Shown here: positions 24,609 to 38,344 of the stretch, piece by piece
Layout: each line of letters begins with the position of its first letter
How positions within the stretch are numbered: position 1 is the first letter of the stretch
Assembly: GCF_002113885.1 (NCBI RefSeq)
Contig: NW_018405730.1
Location: 388,530-452,529, forward strand
Length of the DNA: 64,000 nucleotides
Source of the DNA: Mizuhopecten yessoensis
Lineage: Eukaryota
Direction of reading: 5' to 3'
The notes under the pieces: model-generated
Seen by the model: only the letters and a program-made list of their open reading frames with translations
Database searches by the model: none
Told to the model about the DNA's origin: nothing
Translations under genes and position numbers: made by a program

Positions 24609-26043
24609 TGTGTCGACAATTTCTGACACAAGATCTCGTCATTTTGTCAAAAATAATTTGTATGGGATGCATTTTTCATTAGTGGACGACGCTGTGGTTA
24701 TGTGATGATTGGTTCTGGTCAACCAAAAGTGTCCTTTTCATTCCAAATTAGTATTTCTTAAACGCAGCATGATTATAACGTGCTCATAAAATATAACTGA
24801 CCAAAAAAATTCAGTAAAAAAGGCATATTGATAGTTAATGATATCTAATGTATAGTATATCAACTGTATTGTCTACCCACGTCTGACTTCCTGGCAAGTG
24901 ACAATAGTAAAGTATCAGTTAATATCAGGATATACACAATGGGGTTCACGTCACAATAATGATTGACCAATCCGGGATCTCGTCTTTGTGGTACTGAGTC
25001 GATCATTAAATCGTGTTTTATTTTGATGAGTGTCGTACTAATGTATATTGGATACATATAATATATATTGTTTCATACTTTTTCGAACTGAATTTATATA
25101 GCTTACTATGTATTGACGTTTTTGTTGCTGTCCTAGAACTAGAACTGAAACGTGACACAGGCACTTGAGTTACGATACACTAATTTAAAAAAAGGACCGG
25201 ACCGGAATCTAATCAGATAGACAAGCTTTTGGACCAGTCCTTTAAAACGCTTTTTTTTTTTTTTAAATTATTAGTTTTTATGGATATACTTAAGTGACAG
25301 TGTTCTAGACAAGAAGAGGTCACATGCATTATAAAAGATCGTATGGTATAGTAGAAGAACTTTCAGGTAGAGCAGACGACATATCATAGATAGTAAATAA
25401 ACAATGTCACTTAAAATCTGGCCAGGCGTTCTACAAATAGATACATATACCGGCCGATAAATCATCTCGGTATCTTATTCTCCCATCTGAATAATCTGTT
25501 ATTACTGAAAATCAATGATAAAGTCGCCGGAGGTATAACGTTAAGGCAAACTAAATTTAGAAAAGAACGATAAAAATACTCCGCTTTATTGCTATGTCGG
25601 TATAATTGTCACTGTGCCTTCGGTTGAATATGACACATAACATGGCAAATGTCGAGCTGGAATTTTCTAAAAAAAAAAAAAAATGATACCGAATTTAGAC
25701 GGAATGTAGGCGCCAAATTGATAGCAAGATTGGTGTTCGGGAAAATCAATTCGTTATTTTAAAATGTGCACTCATGTAATTATATTTTAAAAGCTAATTG
25801 CTGTTGCTATTTGGGTACTGTTACAGTAACTGAAAATGAGACTCATTCTAAACAGCAAGAACTCGGTCCCACCAGACAGGAAGCATGCAAACTCCCATCA
25901 ATCCTTCAAATCTTCTGCATCAAAATAACTACAAGATTTGTTGTCTCCCTTTTTGACGCGCTGGAATAGTGCCAACAGATTATGACGTACATATTAATTA
26001 CCGCTGGTATAGTGGAAGGGTGTCCGATCGTCCGTCATTTATC

Positions 26044-26851
26044 AATTATGGACTTTTGTTGGGGTGAATATGTGGTTCTATGAACCTGAAAAAAATATGA
26101 ATTAACCGATGCAAATATGTAACTTAATATTCACAGATATAAAAGTTCTGAATTGTTTCATTAGATATAAAATTATATTGGGTTTTGTTTTTATTAAACA
26201 ATATGGAGCGTAAAATTCGTCATAGAAAAAACAACACTTCTTGTGGTAGACAGCATTGTGAAGTAACAATTGAAGTGACCTCACAAAAATGAATATTGAC
26301 CTGCTGTTCATGAAAATATTAACATTGGTTTAATATTACAAATCATCGACCTCCTCGTGAATATGATAAATATTCACTTTATGACGTCACTTTAATTGTA
26401 ATGTCACAATGCTGTCTACCACAAGAAGTGTTGTTTTTTTATGACGATTTTTACGCTCCATATTGTTTAATAAAAACAGCCAAGTTCAGTGCGGTTTTTT
26501 CCTCCTTGCTGTTTTTACCATTTATCCCACATTGTTTATTCATTAAAGCATTATTTAGCATTTAACATAACAATTAAAACCTTTTATTCCAGTGAATATT
26601 ATTTACGAACCTTGTCTGAAAAATATTCAACGAGAACTAGGTTCCACGAGGTCTGCAACACTTTTCTATTTATAGGTCGAGGTCTGTAACATATTTACAG
26701 ACTCGTCACATGACGTCGCTCCTCTAATCAGGGCTGGGAATTAGCACCAGTCATGTAATAAGCGGTTTGATGGACCTCGACTTCGTCTCGGTCACTATCA
26801 CTTTCTAAGCTTCATATAACTACATATTCACCTCAACAAAGGTCCATAATT
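26044..26851. mobile_element. ~810-bp non-autonomous TIR element without an evident TSD (Crypton-V-like by inference), containing a nested long inverted repeat
   Basis: AATTATGGACTTTTGTTGGGGTGAATATGTGGTTCTATGAA pairs with TTCATATAACTACATATTCACCTCAACAAAGGTCCATAATT. Subterminal GACCTCGACTTCGTCTCGGTC hairpin. Internal IR arms at 26186-26297 and 26369-26478. Confidence 0.7.
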
Positions 26852-29800
26852 AATTAATACTTATCATGAACAGACACAGTTTATGGACTATAATATGGTT
26901 ACGGGATAGTTAAGACACTGGACTTAAATGAGTTTCTCCCACTGACCGGAAGTTAGCCACGGAATATCTTTCGGGAGCAGGTTTTCTTCACCACTGGAAT
27001 CATATGTCGAAGTGGATAAATAATAATATAATGTTAAAGACCATACGAAATACAAAAAAAATGAAAGCATCTCTAGTACATGAAATATCGTTTTCATCAT
27101 TAAGTTCTCGAATTCATGCTATTTATCGATTACTCGATATTTCCTTAGCTGGACAGGGTTGTCATGTATCTATTGTATAAATCGACAACCAAGAAACGTC
27201 TCATACTGATTCCGTTTTGTGACGATAAAGCAACAACGGTAGTCGACTTTCCAGCCCACGTACAGATATCTTAACGAGGCCGTCACGACTACCAAGGCGA
27301 GGCGTTTTGTTCGTGTGTTTGGTAACTAATTATTGATGATCAGGTTTAAAACTGGCATGCTCTCATCTCCCATTATATATAGCATAATGTCACAGTGTCA
27401 CACATCTACGGTATCTTTACAGGAATATTAAGTATTCGAAGCACGTCATGTTCATTACAAAAGCAAGAGGTGAAGCTGTTGATTTCATATTCTTGCTATC
27501 ATTGGGATTTCCATATTTCTATTCTTCACCGCAACAAAGAGAAAAATCGGAGTTTTATTTCCCTTAATAACGTTGCTTTGTCGTCGCGCCAAAGCGACAA
27601 GGCGACGTTTTGTAGAACGAAAGGTCGCACTTTTGCATAGTCGCAACAACAAGGCTTTTTCGCCTTTTCGGGAAATGTTAAATAGCAATCATCGCATGAT
27701 AGTACTGAGCTTTTCGCTTTGTCGGGAAAGACAGGTTCGAAACCGTGTTCACTCGTGTTTTTGAGGTCCACATCATCCACATGACTATTATTGAAAACGT
27801 GGAAAAAGAAACATGCTGAGACACAAATCTTCTGACGATGTCAGGATTATACCTGTTAATGAAGCATGCTGGGAAGTTACACATCCTGAAGAGCATGCCG
27901 GGGTATTTGAAAATCATGCCCGGAATCTGAAGTATTTGCTGATAAAGCATGCCGGGATTGCTACCTTCCGACAATGCACTGCGGTATTGATTTGACCTCA
28001 GTCCCTCGATATCCGTGTAAATCGTATGAAATACGTGTAAAAGTAAGATTTACGTAAACAACTAGTGATAATTCTTTTATCAATGCGTTTTCCCCATCAA
28101 TACGAACACAATATTCTCAACCATGTGGGGTCATTCATCGGTAAATTACTAGTAACTGCAAGGGACCAGGTCTGACGCCAACCTGTGGTATCTTCTGGGA
28201 TCAAGATTACGCAATAATTGACGAAACACTCATACAGTTTGCAACAATAGCTCGCAATCCCAGCATGAGATTGCTATCGAGTTTTAGTTGCTGACAATGC
28301 ACATTTTATTGCAACCTTCCTGTGCTATCGAACTCCTACATATATTCGACTCCACTCTCTCGGAACATCAAGGAAGATATTGTTTGACATCCAAAGTGTC
28401 TGTATAAAATCCCACATCACCAAGTTCGTGTTCGACGTATTTCAATTTGCCCCACATAACGAATTGTTACTAAAATGGCTTTATCCTACAGCCTTTTTTT
28501 GAATGCCAATGACCTCACTTGATCGCTGAACGCTTTACAGCTTTCCGCGTAATGGTTCTTAATGACCGTTTTGTGTGGATGGGGCGTTAAAACGTAATAA
28601 ACAAATAAATAAACGCTTTGCCTATCGGAAACACGCACTCGTCAACACATTTTGGACGTCCTAATTATTAAGTTGTTAAAATGAATGTAGATACAGACGT
28701 CTTAATTTGATTCTTTTATCATCCTTAGAAAAATTGGGAATATAGGTAGGTAGTTTTTTAGTTTTTTTATCTATTTTATCTTATATGGAGCAGGAACAAC
28801 AAAAACCCTGGAGAAATATTTCTCAACCTTCATGTGAAATTCAACTGCATCTTCAAATCTTTTTCATCAATCAAGTAGTTTTAACTTTTAGGGTATTGTA
28901 TAGTTATCTCTACTACAAACGGAGTTCTCGTGTTATTATACACGGGTAATATCAAACACTGAAAATCGAATCCAAAATAAATATGCATTCGATGGAATAT
29001 CAATGTATTACATTTATATCAGTGGGATATTAGAAATGATTTGGTGTTCCGACTGTTTTTGACAATCTGACACCATGAAGTGGAAAAAAAATGAAGAACG
29101 AACGACATCAGTGCACAGCTATATCAAAATAGAAATAAATAAAGCTACAGTAACGACAAAATGTTGATCTCCAATGGCAGTGGTCAAAGTGGAATAAATA
29201 CGTATGCATGACATAGGTTAGCGTCCAAAGACAAAAGTAAAAGTTTGGCAAGTGCCCGGATCATCGTCAGTAGACATTCCGTTCTAACGTCAGGTGACCA
29301 TTTTCAGTTCAAAGGTTAACCAATCGCATAGCCTTTTACTCTCGAATGCATCCAAACCAGGATACCATCCACGTGCGGAATAAATAAACACAATAGCTTT
29401 AGGAGGACACGTGGACATATGTTTTGAGCAAAAATAAGGAACGCTAAAAGGATCTGAACCTTGTTGAAAAATAAGGGGTTAACTATTTTCCAGGTGGTGA
29501 TGCTTTTAAACTACATTACCTTCTTACAATATGCCGAACCAAAGGTCCCAGGAGACATGACATTTTGGCGCAGAATAATCACGTCAGGGACCATGCTCTT
29601 TTTATGTTTAAATGGCATGAAAATACGTAAGATTATATACACTCGAACTGCGAACCAACTCAAGCAAACGAATCGAGATACTGAATTGGATCATGACTGT
29701 TTCCAATAGTAGCTGAATTATGCGGCATTCCCATGTATTCTTCAGTGATGCGCTAGAATGTCCCTGGAGTGTTCTCAGCGCTGACCTATACCATTTCGGT

Positions 29801-30039
29801 TGAGATCATTGTCTTTTGGAAACAAAAATGGATCAACGAGGTGACAGGCTTTCAGATCATAACGAAATATCAGTAGAAAAGCCCAATATCAGATTCCTTT
29901 AGGTAAGAAATAATTATATAGTTATCAATGTAGATAAACTCGCAAAGTGTGATCCTATAAGGTTTTGACGGTTTGGCCCCCAGACGTTCTGTCATCTAGT
30001 GTTCATGCGTTAAGTGTTGTTGTCGTCAATGCTTATATC

Positions 30040-30720
30040 AAAAGGGCTGCTCCAAGAGGTTAGGCTACATTGAAATTGGCAAAGGTAAGATTAATTAGAG
30101 TTATTACCAAGGTTAAGCCCAATTGAGGTTAGTAAATTGTATACCAAACAGGGTGGTTCCCAAAGAAAAGACCACATGAAAGTTCGCAGAGCTAGGACCC
30201 AATAGGGCTATTCTCAGAGGTAAGTCGCTGATGAGTTCGCAAAGGTAAAAGCAAATAAGGTTGTTACCAGAGGTTTTGACCATTGAAACTCTCACAGGTA
30301 TGAACCAATGAGGGTTGTTACCGAAGGTTACGCCCCATTTAAAATGTTAGACCCAATAGGGTTATTTCTAGAAATTAGTCCTTGATGACTTTGCAAAGGT
30401 AACACCCAATAGGGTTGTTACTAGAGCTTAGGCCCCTCTGAAATTCGCAAATGTTAGACAAACTACAGCGATTCCAAAAGCTATGCCCTTTGGGGTTGCC
30501 TCCCTTTATATCTCCAAAGGTTTGTCTACACATAGTTACTCCCAGAAATAAGACCCTATTATGTTGTCCACGAAGCTTTATATCATGTATAGATATTTGT
30601 TGGCGTTGCCGAAATAGCATCTCATAATTTCATCCCCGAAGTTTTTTACCCTGGTTTGATATCCCCAAAGTGTATGTGAAACATATTTGTTGGTGTCGCC
30701 GAAAGTTTTGTCCCTAATGA
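30040..30720. repeat. Highly degenerate ~53-bp tandem repeat
   Basis: ACCCAATAGGGTTGTTACCAGAGGTT...GCAAAGGT-like motif at about 30143, 30197, 30252, 30304, 30351 and 30404. Confidence 0.6.
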
Positions 30721-31635
30721 AATATGGATTGGTGAGAACAGTCCTCTCGGTTCGATCTCGCTGTATCAAATGTTCCCACAGGACGCTGGATATTGCTTGC
30801 CGAGTGTTTATTGACAAGCAGCAGCCGTTTGTATTTTATACACCACTGGGTTAGTATTTTGGCAAAAAGTCAACGTTTTTTTTCTATCCTACAAAGCACA
30901 AACGGATCACATTTGTTTTACGTACCAAATCTGACCTAGATTTCTAGGTTTGTGTCCTGTAGAGGGGGACTAAGGTCGGTATGTGGTACTCACCCTAGCA
31001 AGGCCATAAGCGAACACACTTAGATTTCGACAGTGTTGAGGCTTTCACGTTTCATTTCATTCCTGGTCAAATAAATCATTTAATAACAAATTTCAATCTT
31101 CATCCAAACAGAATCTAAAGTGATCATGTGCATCAATACTGCGATAACGTATCTATTGATATGTATTTTTTTTTTGCTCTGGTATCTTTGCTGTTTGTGT
31201 GTTTATTTCCGCGAAACGGCAAAATCGATAATCCCATGTTTTTATTCTGCGTAATACCATCTTATTCTTAAAGGACACGTCGGTGCAGGTGCCGTACTTC
31301 CAGCCGCGTTTTCCCAGTAGTTGTCCCAGGCAGTCAGATATAAATCTGATTTGTACTTGTCTGATTTATTAACTTTGCGAGAACGTTCCCAACCATCTAT
31401 CTAGCCAGCGCATTGCCAACGCCAAACAGGAGGTTTGTGTAAAGCACTCAATGTGAATGTACAGTCATAAATTCTAAGGATTGTCGCTCTGTCCACTCGG
31501 GACGCGATCGATTTCGGACATTAAGTGATACCTTTCACAGTACCAGACGAGGTTCCAAATAAAGATAGATCATAAGAAACAAGGGGGCGAAATAGGAACT
31601 CAATATCGATCACGGGAAGAAATCTAGAGGAGGCA

Positions 31636-31800
31636 ACAGAACAACAACTACAGCAAGATCAACATAAACAACAACAATTCAATTATCAATGTCGTCATCC
31701 TCCTCCTCCTCCTCCTCCCTCCTCCTCCTCCTCCTCCTCAGCAGCGGCAGCAACACAAGTAATCGTCATCATCCTCGTCATAAATCGCTATTAACATTAT
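31636..31800. repeat. Compound trinucleotide microsatellites (CAA/TCC/CAG/TCA) next to a gap
   Basis: (TCC)n at ~31698-31739 with CAA- and CAG-rich flanks. Confidence 0.8.
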
Positions 31801-31801
31801 C

Positions 31802-32019
31802 NNNNNNNNNNNNNNNNNNNNNNNNNNNNNNNNNNNNNNNNNNNNNNNNNNNNNNNNNNNNNNNNNNNNNNNNNNNNNNNNNNNNNNNNNNNNNNNNNNN
31901 NNNNNNNNNNNNNNNNNNNNNNNNNNNNNNNNNNNNNNNNNNNNNNNNNNNNNNNNNNNNNNNNNNNNNNNNNNNNNNNNNNNNNNNNNNNNNNNNNNNN
32001 NNNNNNNNNNNNNNNNNNN
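31802..32019. other. Assembly gap (N run)
   Basis: Run of Ns. Confidence 1.
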
Positions 32020-32549
32020 CAAGGACAGAGTAACAACATCATGGAAAACAACAAGAACTCAACTAAAACCGGAGGAGAACCACCAGCTCCTTACAGAAGC
32101 GAGTTTCTTACACAGGGACATGCCAAATACTATATAACGTACGGAAGATGCCTATGAGTTAGCGTTGCATATTTTACACCAATTTTTATCTTGCATTGTA
32201 TGGTCATGTCCCTGTGGTTACTTGCACCACGTATGGTACCCATCATGATGATAAATGGAACAAATGTCGATCAATAATGATTTTAAATAGACTTTAAATG
32301 CTTAATAATAATAACATCCCACAGTTGTGAAGTAGAAGAAACTGCTACTGAGAACATACATCTAGCTGCCCTTTGTAGAAATGTGTTTGGCCGTACCACT
32401 GGAGATTGTAACACAATAGGGGTGTATCAGTGAACGTATATATGCAATCATATCTTAGTACAAAGCGGATCACGGTGACAGTTGCAGTTTAGTCACGGAT
32501 TTTATGTTTATTAAAAGTGCCAATGTTCATTTTTTGCTTGGAGTCCGGA

Positions 32550-32766
32550 TACTGTTTACGTGGTTAACACAAATTGCGAGATAAATATGTCTGTGCTGAC
32601 TGACACGAAACCAAATAACTTGCATTTTTATTCAGACTCATTTCATATAGTAAAATAGCATTGTAACATTTTATCTTTCTCGCGAATTCAAATTTTCACG
32701 AAAATGTTGTTTGAGCCACATCGGAGAAGATAAAAAAAATGTCCGAAAATGAAGTGATTCACAGTA
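32550..32766. mobile_element. Degenerate TA-flanked MITE (TACTGT..ACAGTA type)
   Basis: TACTGTTTACGTGG at the left end and GTGATTCACAGTA at the right end, with internal TCGCGAATT/CACGAAAAT motifs. A related fragment lies at ~59355-59430. Confidence 0.4.
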
Positions 32767-32774
32767 TCACACTT

Positions 32775-32885
32775 TTTACGTCACCCGAGCCTTTATCCAC
32801 CTGCGCTGCTCGCTGCTTCCAATTCTACGGCGAAATAAGTATCTTTAAGACCAATATCTGCGATATCTCCCAGAATGCATTGCGG
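32775..32885. promoter_or_regulatory. Candidate promoter motif cluster (CRE-like TTACGTCA, CCAAT, Staf/ZNF143-like site)
   Basis: TCCCAGAATGCATTGCG at 32868-32884, CCAAT at 32851, TTACGTCA at ~32776, with locally raised CpG. No associated gene identified. Confidence 0.3.
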
Positions 32886-35800
32886 TCCTCTCCATGGAGC
32901 CTATCTTAAGGAACTATGGGGAATATCTCTCCGTAGCCTTTTTGGAAGTGATACGGTAGATGGCGTGCTAAGCGCTCACCAGTCACCCACACAGGGCAAC
33001 ATTATATTTCTAATCTATACTTTTAGTTCGTCGGTATGCAGCTGGCCTGCTGTATTGTCATATTTACATCCGGTGGGTGTTCCTCGCTTTAAACAATATT
33101 TGGGTAGAAAAACGGGCTCACCTGGTAATTTAAAATGATATCATGTTTCTAGGCGTTCATTTGTCGGGAAAGTGGTTTAACAAAGTGCATAACATACCAA
33201 ATACATTTACTTTGTTCTCTTCTCGGCTCGATTGCTTGAAGACATGCAATTTTAAAGAAGGCTGTTATTTTCTGGTAAGCACACATTACAATGGAATGTC
33301 TGTCAAACAAACACAACTATGAATGGAAATTGTGCTGAAATATTTGGATCGGTTGTTTTTTTTGTATGCTGGTATTTCCTATTTTCAGCAGAAACTCGAT
33401 ATTACAGAATCATTCGGCTACTTGAAAAACTTTAGGTGATTTTATAGATGTTTAGTATCTGAATGTAAGAGTCCTGAATATGAGTTTTCTTTGTAACCGT
33501 AGTCCGCTGTGTTGTAATTTAAAAAAAAAGTAAGGTGTGATATAAATAAAACCCAGCTATACACTATTGAAAAAAACACGTTAATTTCCCACGAGAAGCT
33601 TACATTGACCAACAAAGCCATGATGTATGGAATTCCATTGCTATACAGTGAAGTCATGCTGATATAAGAAATACATTTGACAGTAATAGGTTTCTTGATT
33701 AACGAAACATAAAAGTTACCGAATAGAATTTCAGTTCTTGAATAAGCACGGATTTCGGTTGCCCGACAGAAATAAGATTAACAAGGTTCAAAATTGAATG
33801 AAATCTGACTGAAAAAATTGACTATTCTTTGGGTTAAAAGAGGTCCCTCTTTACAATGTCCGTATTGACAAGGTTCTACTGTAGCAGTTCGGATTTACTA
33901 GGTTCCGTTGTACTACTATGTAATTCGGATTAACGGCGTCAAGAGCATCAACCGAGATTGACGAGGATCGACTTTACTCGTTCGGTTTAACGGGACTACA
34001 GAGTGTTGAGTACGGATTAATAACATTTACACAGTAAACCGGCCGGCAGACTGGGATTTTTCTGTACACAGTTAGGATAAAGGAGGCTCCTCTCTTCATA
34101 TACATTTATTTATGCAGTCGGAGATACTGAAAAAATCAAAACCGGAAGTTGATAGACCTTAAGGCTGTTTTCACCCTTCCTCCAACAATTTTTTTTACAA
34201 AAGAGCTCCAATTTAAAAAAAGTTTTATCCTAATAGGATTGATTGATTGCTAATACGTCGAACAATACATAATGATAGCACTAGCTGTTACCAACCAACA
34301 TTTAAAAGGGAGACAACTCTAACACAAATCTATGACATCGCTTCATTTTCAACTGAATCGTATTTCCCTGTTTCATATCTCAACAAAACGAAAAAGTAAT
34401 TATCTGAAAAATGCTTTGTCAAAGACTCTCCGTTTGCAGCAGAAATATAGCCCCTTGTGATGATCAATATTTTAAAAGACTGCTATTTGTATTGAAGCAT
34501 TACAAAACGAAGCACTTGGTATAAAAAAAAATACTATTGTTTTCAACGTAAAACAACATCGATTAAAAATGGATGTCGATACATGTTATCTATATATTTT
34601 ATTTACACTAACCCATGACATATACTAGCTATTTGTTAAGAGTATTACCGAAATCAATCGGATATATTTACATAAGAAATCTTTCCTCGTGTGTATCAAT
34701 ATCTTCAGGATTTCGATAACACGACACACAATAGAACTATAACGGTAATAGAAATGTGTCGCTGTGAAATTCTCGCCAAATTTACTTAGTCGTGTGTGAT
34801 TCAGTTCACGAACATATTAATCGCCTCTATAAAAAAAGAGCATGCGTAGTAATATGAAGCTTCATCTATGCCCACTTTCATGTAAATGTAGAAGTTAGGT
34901 TGGTTAACGACTATGATCAAACTCGTGCGCAGCAATATCGCTTGGTTTTAAGCTTTTAGGGTTCTATCAAAACTGATAGGGATATTAAAGACGATTATCT
35001 CGAATTTGTGGTGTCGTGTGAAAAAATACCCGTCTTCTCGTCCGTCTGTTATTCATAATAAAATGTGATTAAAATACGTAATTTCGTCCCTCTCTCGTTC
35101 ACAGTAACATATGAGTAATAACTGTCTTCTCGTCCGTCTCTAGATAATTGTATGTTGTAAATAGTATCCGTCCTCTCATCCTACTCTTCGGTGACTGAGA
35201 GTCACAAGTGCTATACGTCTATAGTTGGTTTGAGATATCATGTTAGCAGTATTTGTCCTGTCGTCCGTATCAAGGTTGTGTAACGAAATAGGCCAATAAT
35301 TAGGCAATTAATGATAAAGATTTGAACCATCTTATAATATTTAAGATAGTGGGTATCAATAGAGAGCAGCACTTTGGTCAACATTACATTTGAGGTCAAA
35401 TCTTACTATTTTGGCAACACCGTGCAATGATTGACGGGGGAACTGTTGAATTGGCGATAGTGCGCATGCTTTAGGGCTATCCATCTAGTGGCGACCACGT
35501 CTGTCATGGATGACATAGAGATAGGAACGAGAGTGTGAACATCCCAACCCAGACAGGGGTAACTGTCATTGCCATATGGTACATCTAGCATTGTTGTTTC
35601 GGTAGGGACAAGTTAGCTTAGGAGTTCTATTCGATTGTCGCACGTGCCTAATGGTATAAATAGTTAATCAGATATATATTAACGACTTGCACGGGGTATT
35701 TAGGGAGATGCGCAAAAAGACTTGAGGGGCAGAGGCTGCTCCAGGAGGGGGCTAAGGTTAGATTGTCGCGGGAACGATGCGTTAGGAGTTAATATAACAA

Positions 35801-36206
35801 TGTGAAGTTAATAAAAAGTCAACATGTGTTGTTCCATGAATCATGTAACAGTTGACTTGCGTATCGTGTAAGTTTTTGTCCGTTATCAGTTAACGCAATC
35901 TATCACCAGATGTCTAGAGTTGGACGATATTTATTGATGGTTCACAATGTGAATGCTATTTATTGTCATGTGCTTATGATAAAAACTAAGTCTCCGGGCC
36001 ATGTCTACTTCATTTATCTTTAAGTATTTTAGAGTAAAGGGACATTTAACTAAGGGTAAACATTGAGTGGATACAGGTGTGTTTGCCGACCGAAGTCAGG
36101 GATTAACTGGCATGACGTAGCAAATCTGAAAATGTTTAATTTAGAGTTCGTTAACCTTGACCGAGATTTTTCAAAACACAACGGATGCTTCGTTCGTCTA
36201 GACAGT

Positions 36207-36317
36207 CACCGGGACCTGAGAATTTGTTACAGCTGTATTTGGACCTAAACTTAGGTGTTAAGAGTAACCTTAGTTTAGGTCCAAATATAGCTGTAACAAT
36301 GTATCAGGTTCCTTTTG
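36207..36317. mobile_element. ~110-bp hairpin MITE-like palindrome
   Basis: TTGTTACAGCTGTATTTGGACCTAAACTTAGGT pairs with ACCTTAGTTTAGGTCCAAATATAGCTGTAACAA and extends to GGGACCTGA/TCAGGTTCC. Possible degenerate TSD (AGACAG on both flanks). Confidence 0.65.
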
Positions 36318-37659
36318 CAGACAGAAAGGAAACTTTCTGATACTGATACTACAGAACGGTTCGCCAAAGAAAATCGCTAGGTGACTGACACGTTTTAACA
36401 ATCACAATAAGGATTCTTGCCCCACTGTAGACAAAACACTAGAGAGTTCCACTGTATATTTTATTATAAAGAGTAACCTCCACTTAAATTTGTTATGGGT
36501 ATGACTGTACGCGTGCTTGGTCCACAATTGTTTTGGGCGACGATATTGTTATAGGAGTTCCGGGTTCGAATCACGATCGTGTCAAACAACACTGTTTTCG
36601 ATATATTTTTCGTTTATTTATTTTTATTTATAAAAGTTCCCCAAGATATTGGTTTGACGACGTCAATGTGTAGTTACTCGTAATGTCACAACAAAAGTTC
36701 CTTTATTTTACAGGTCGAAAATTTGATGGTGCTGTTTTATTACATAATAATCTTATACATGGACATTTGGCGATATTTGCTTGTGACGCCAGAATAGAAA
36801 TGATTGATTGACGTCATTGTGCCTCTTAGAAGTCAGACCTTCTTACATTGCTGGCAGGCACGTATAATCACATATACATGCACACATTTTGGAACTTGAC
36901 AAAGGCAAATACAATATAAATTGTGATATGGCTTATCATTCAACTTGGTTTGATAAGTTAAACATTAAAAGCGACAGTAAGGTGGTAAGAAATGCTACGG
37001 ATGAACGAAAATAAAGTATACAATGTATTTAAAATACATCTATAAACAAAGGATATTTTCTTTCAAAATTAAACAATTAAATCTTAAGATTTTGGTCATT
37101 GCCAACATTCATCATGTCATGCTTTGCTTGTCGTGTCATCCTATTTTTAAGCCAAACACTTGTCACTCCAAGAAACAATTGAAACGGTGCAACGCTATTT
37201 AATTTTAATTTTATCTAATTAATTGGTAAAATGTTATTAAATGTACTTTTTTATTTTCTATTAATAGAACATAAGGTGAGATATCATTTTCAATTTGCAT
37301 AGAAACAAAGATGTATTGTTGATGTGTTGACGGTGACCGCTACATTCGTCCTATTGTCCTATTAAACCACTCATAACTCGTGTTATGTTTAATATGGAAT
37401 CATTGACCCTTGCCCCTCCCCCCTGTTGAGATCATGTCTATTTCTATCTTGCAATATAAGCACACCACGACGGGATCGGCCCCGACAACAATGAACGTTA
37501 AGTACCATACGCAATAAATTCGGGACACCTTAAATCATAAAACAGTAAATATATCCCCGCTTTATCGGGAACATGGGCCAGTAGCCTGTTTGTTGCTTAA
37601 GCTCGAAAAGTTTATCACTTTAAAGGTCTGACCTTTTATCTCTACTTTTTTTTCCAGAC

Positions 37660-38265
37660 AATATCATTGTGCGTAGTACTCGCTATACCAAAAGAGAGCC
37701 ATTTTCCGACGTGTAACGTTTACTACAGCAATACATATTTATATCCAACTTCTATTCGACGAACAGTTCTTGGTATTGGAATACAGAGTCTACTTAACAA
37801 AAGAGAGCCCACTTATTTCCGACGCTAAGTATTTGCTACTGCAAAAGAGAGCCGACTTATTTCAGACGCTCAATACTCGCTGTTGCAATTGAGAGGCAAC
37901 TTATTTCCGACACGTACTACTTGCTACTGCAAAAGAGAGCCGACTTATTTCAGACGCTCAATACTCGCTGTTGCAATTTAGAGGCAACTTATTTCCGACA
38001 CGTACTTCTTGCTACTGCAAAAGAGAGCCGACTTATTTCAGACGCTCAATACTCGCTGTTGCAATAGAGAGGCCACTTTTTTCCGGCGCGCAATACTTGC
38101 TACTGTTACAGAGAATTCAAATATTTCCAAGGCCGAGTACGTGCTATCACAATACTGAGACAAAGCTTTACCGACGCTTAGTACTTGCTACTGCAAAAGA
38201 GAGCCCATTTATTTCCGACGCGCAGTACTTGCTGTTGCAATAGAGAGCGCTCTCGTTTCCGATGG
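37660..38265. repeat. 44-bp tandem repeat with an 88-bp A/B dimer higher-order core
   Basis: ACTTATTTC starts at 37811, 37855, 37899, 37943, ... and units alternate between ...GCTACTGCAAAAGAGAGCCG and ...GCTGTTGCAATTGAGAGGCA types. Confidence 0.88.
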
Positions 38266-38344
38266 TAGGTCAGGATTTTTTTAAATGAGGATTTGAATCT
38301 GTTTTTATCACAATCTCTAAGAACGACAAACAGAACGTGTTTCG

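Noticed and set aside
29493-29902. Possible plus-strand exon (TTTTCCAG|G ... AG|GTAAGA)
   Set aside because: No reading frame I checked stays open across it and no homology was recognised; splice-like motifs alone are insufficient.
24409-32054. ORFs containing X runs
   Set aside because: Artefacts of translating across the two N gaps.
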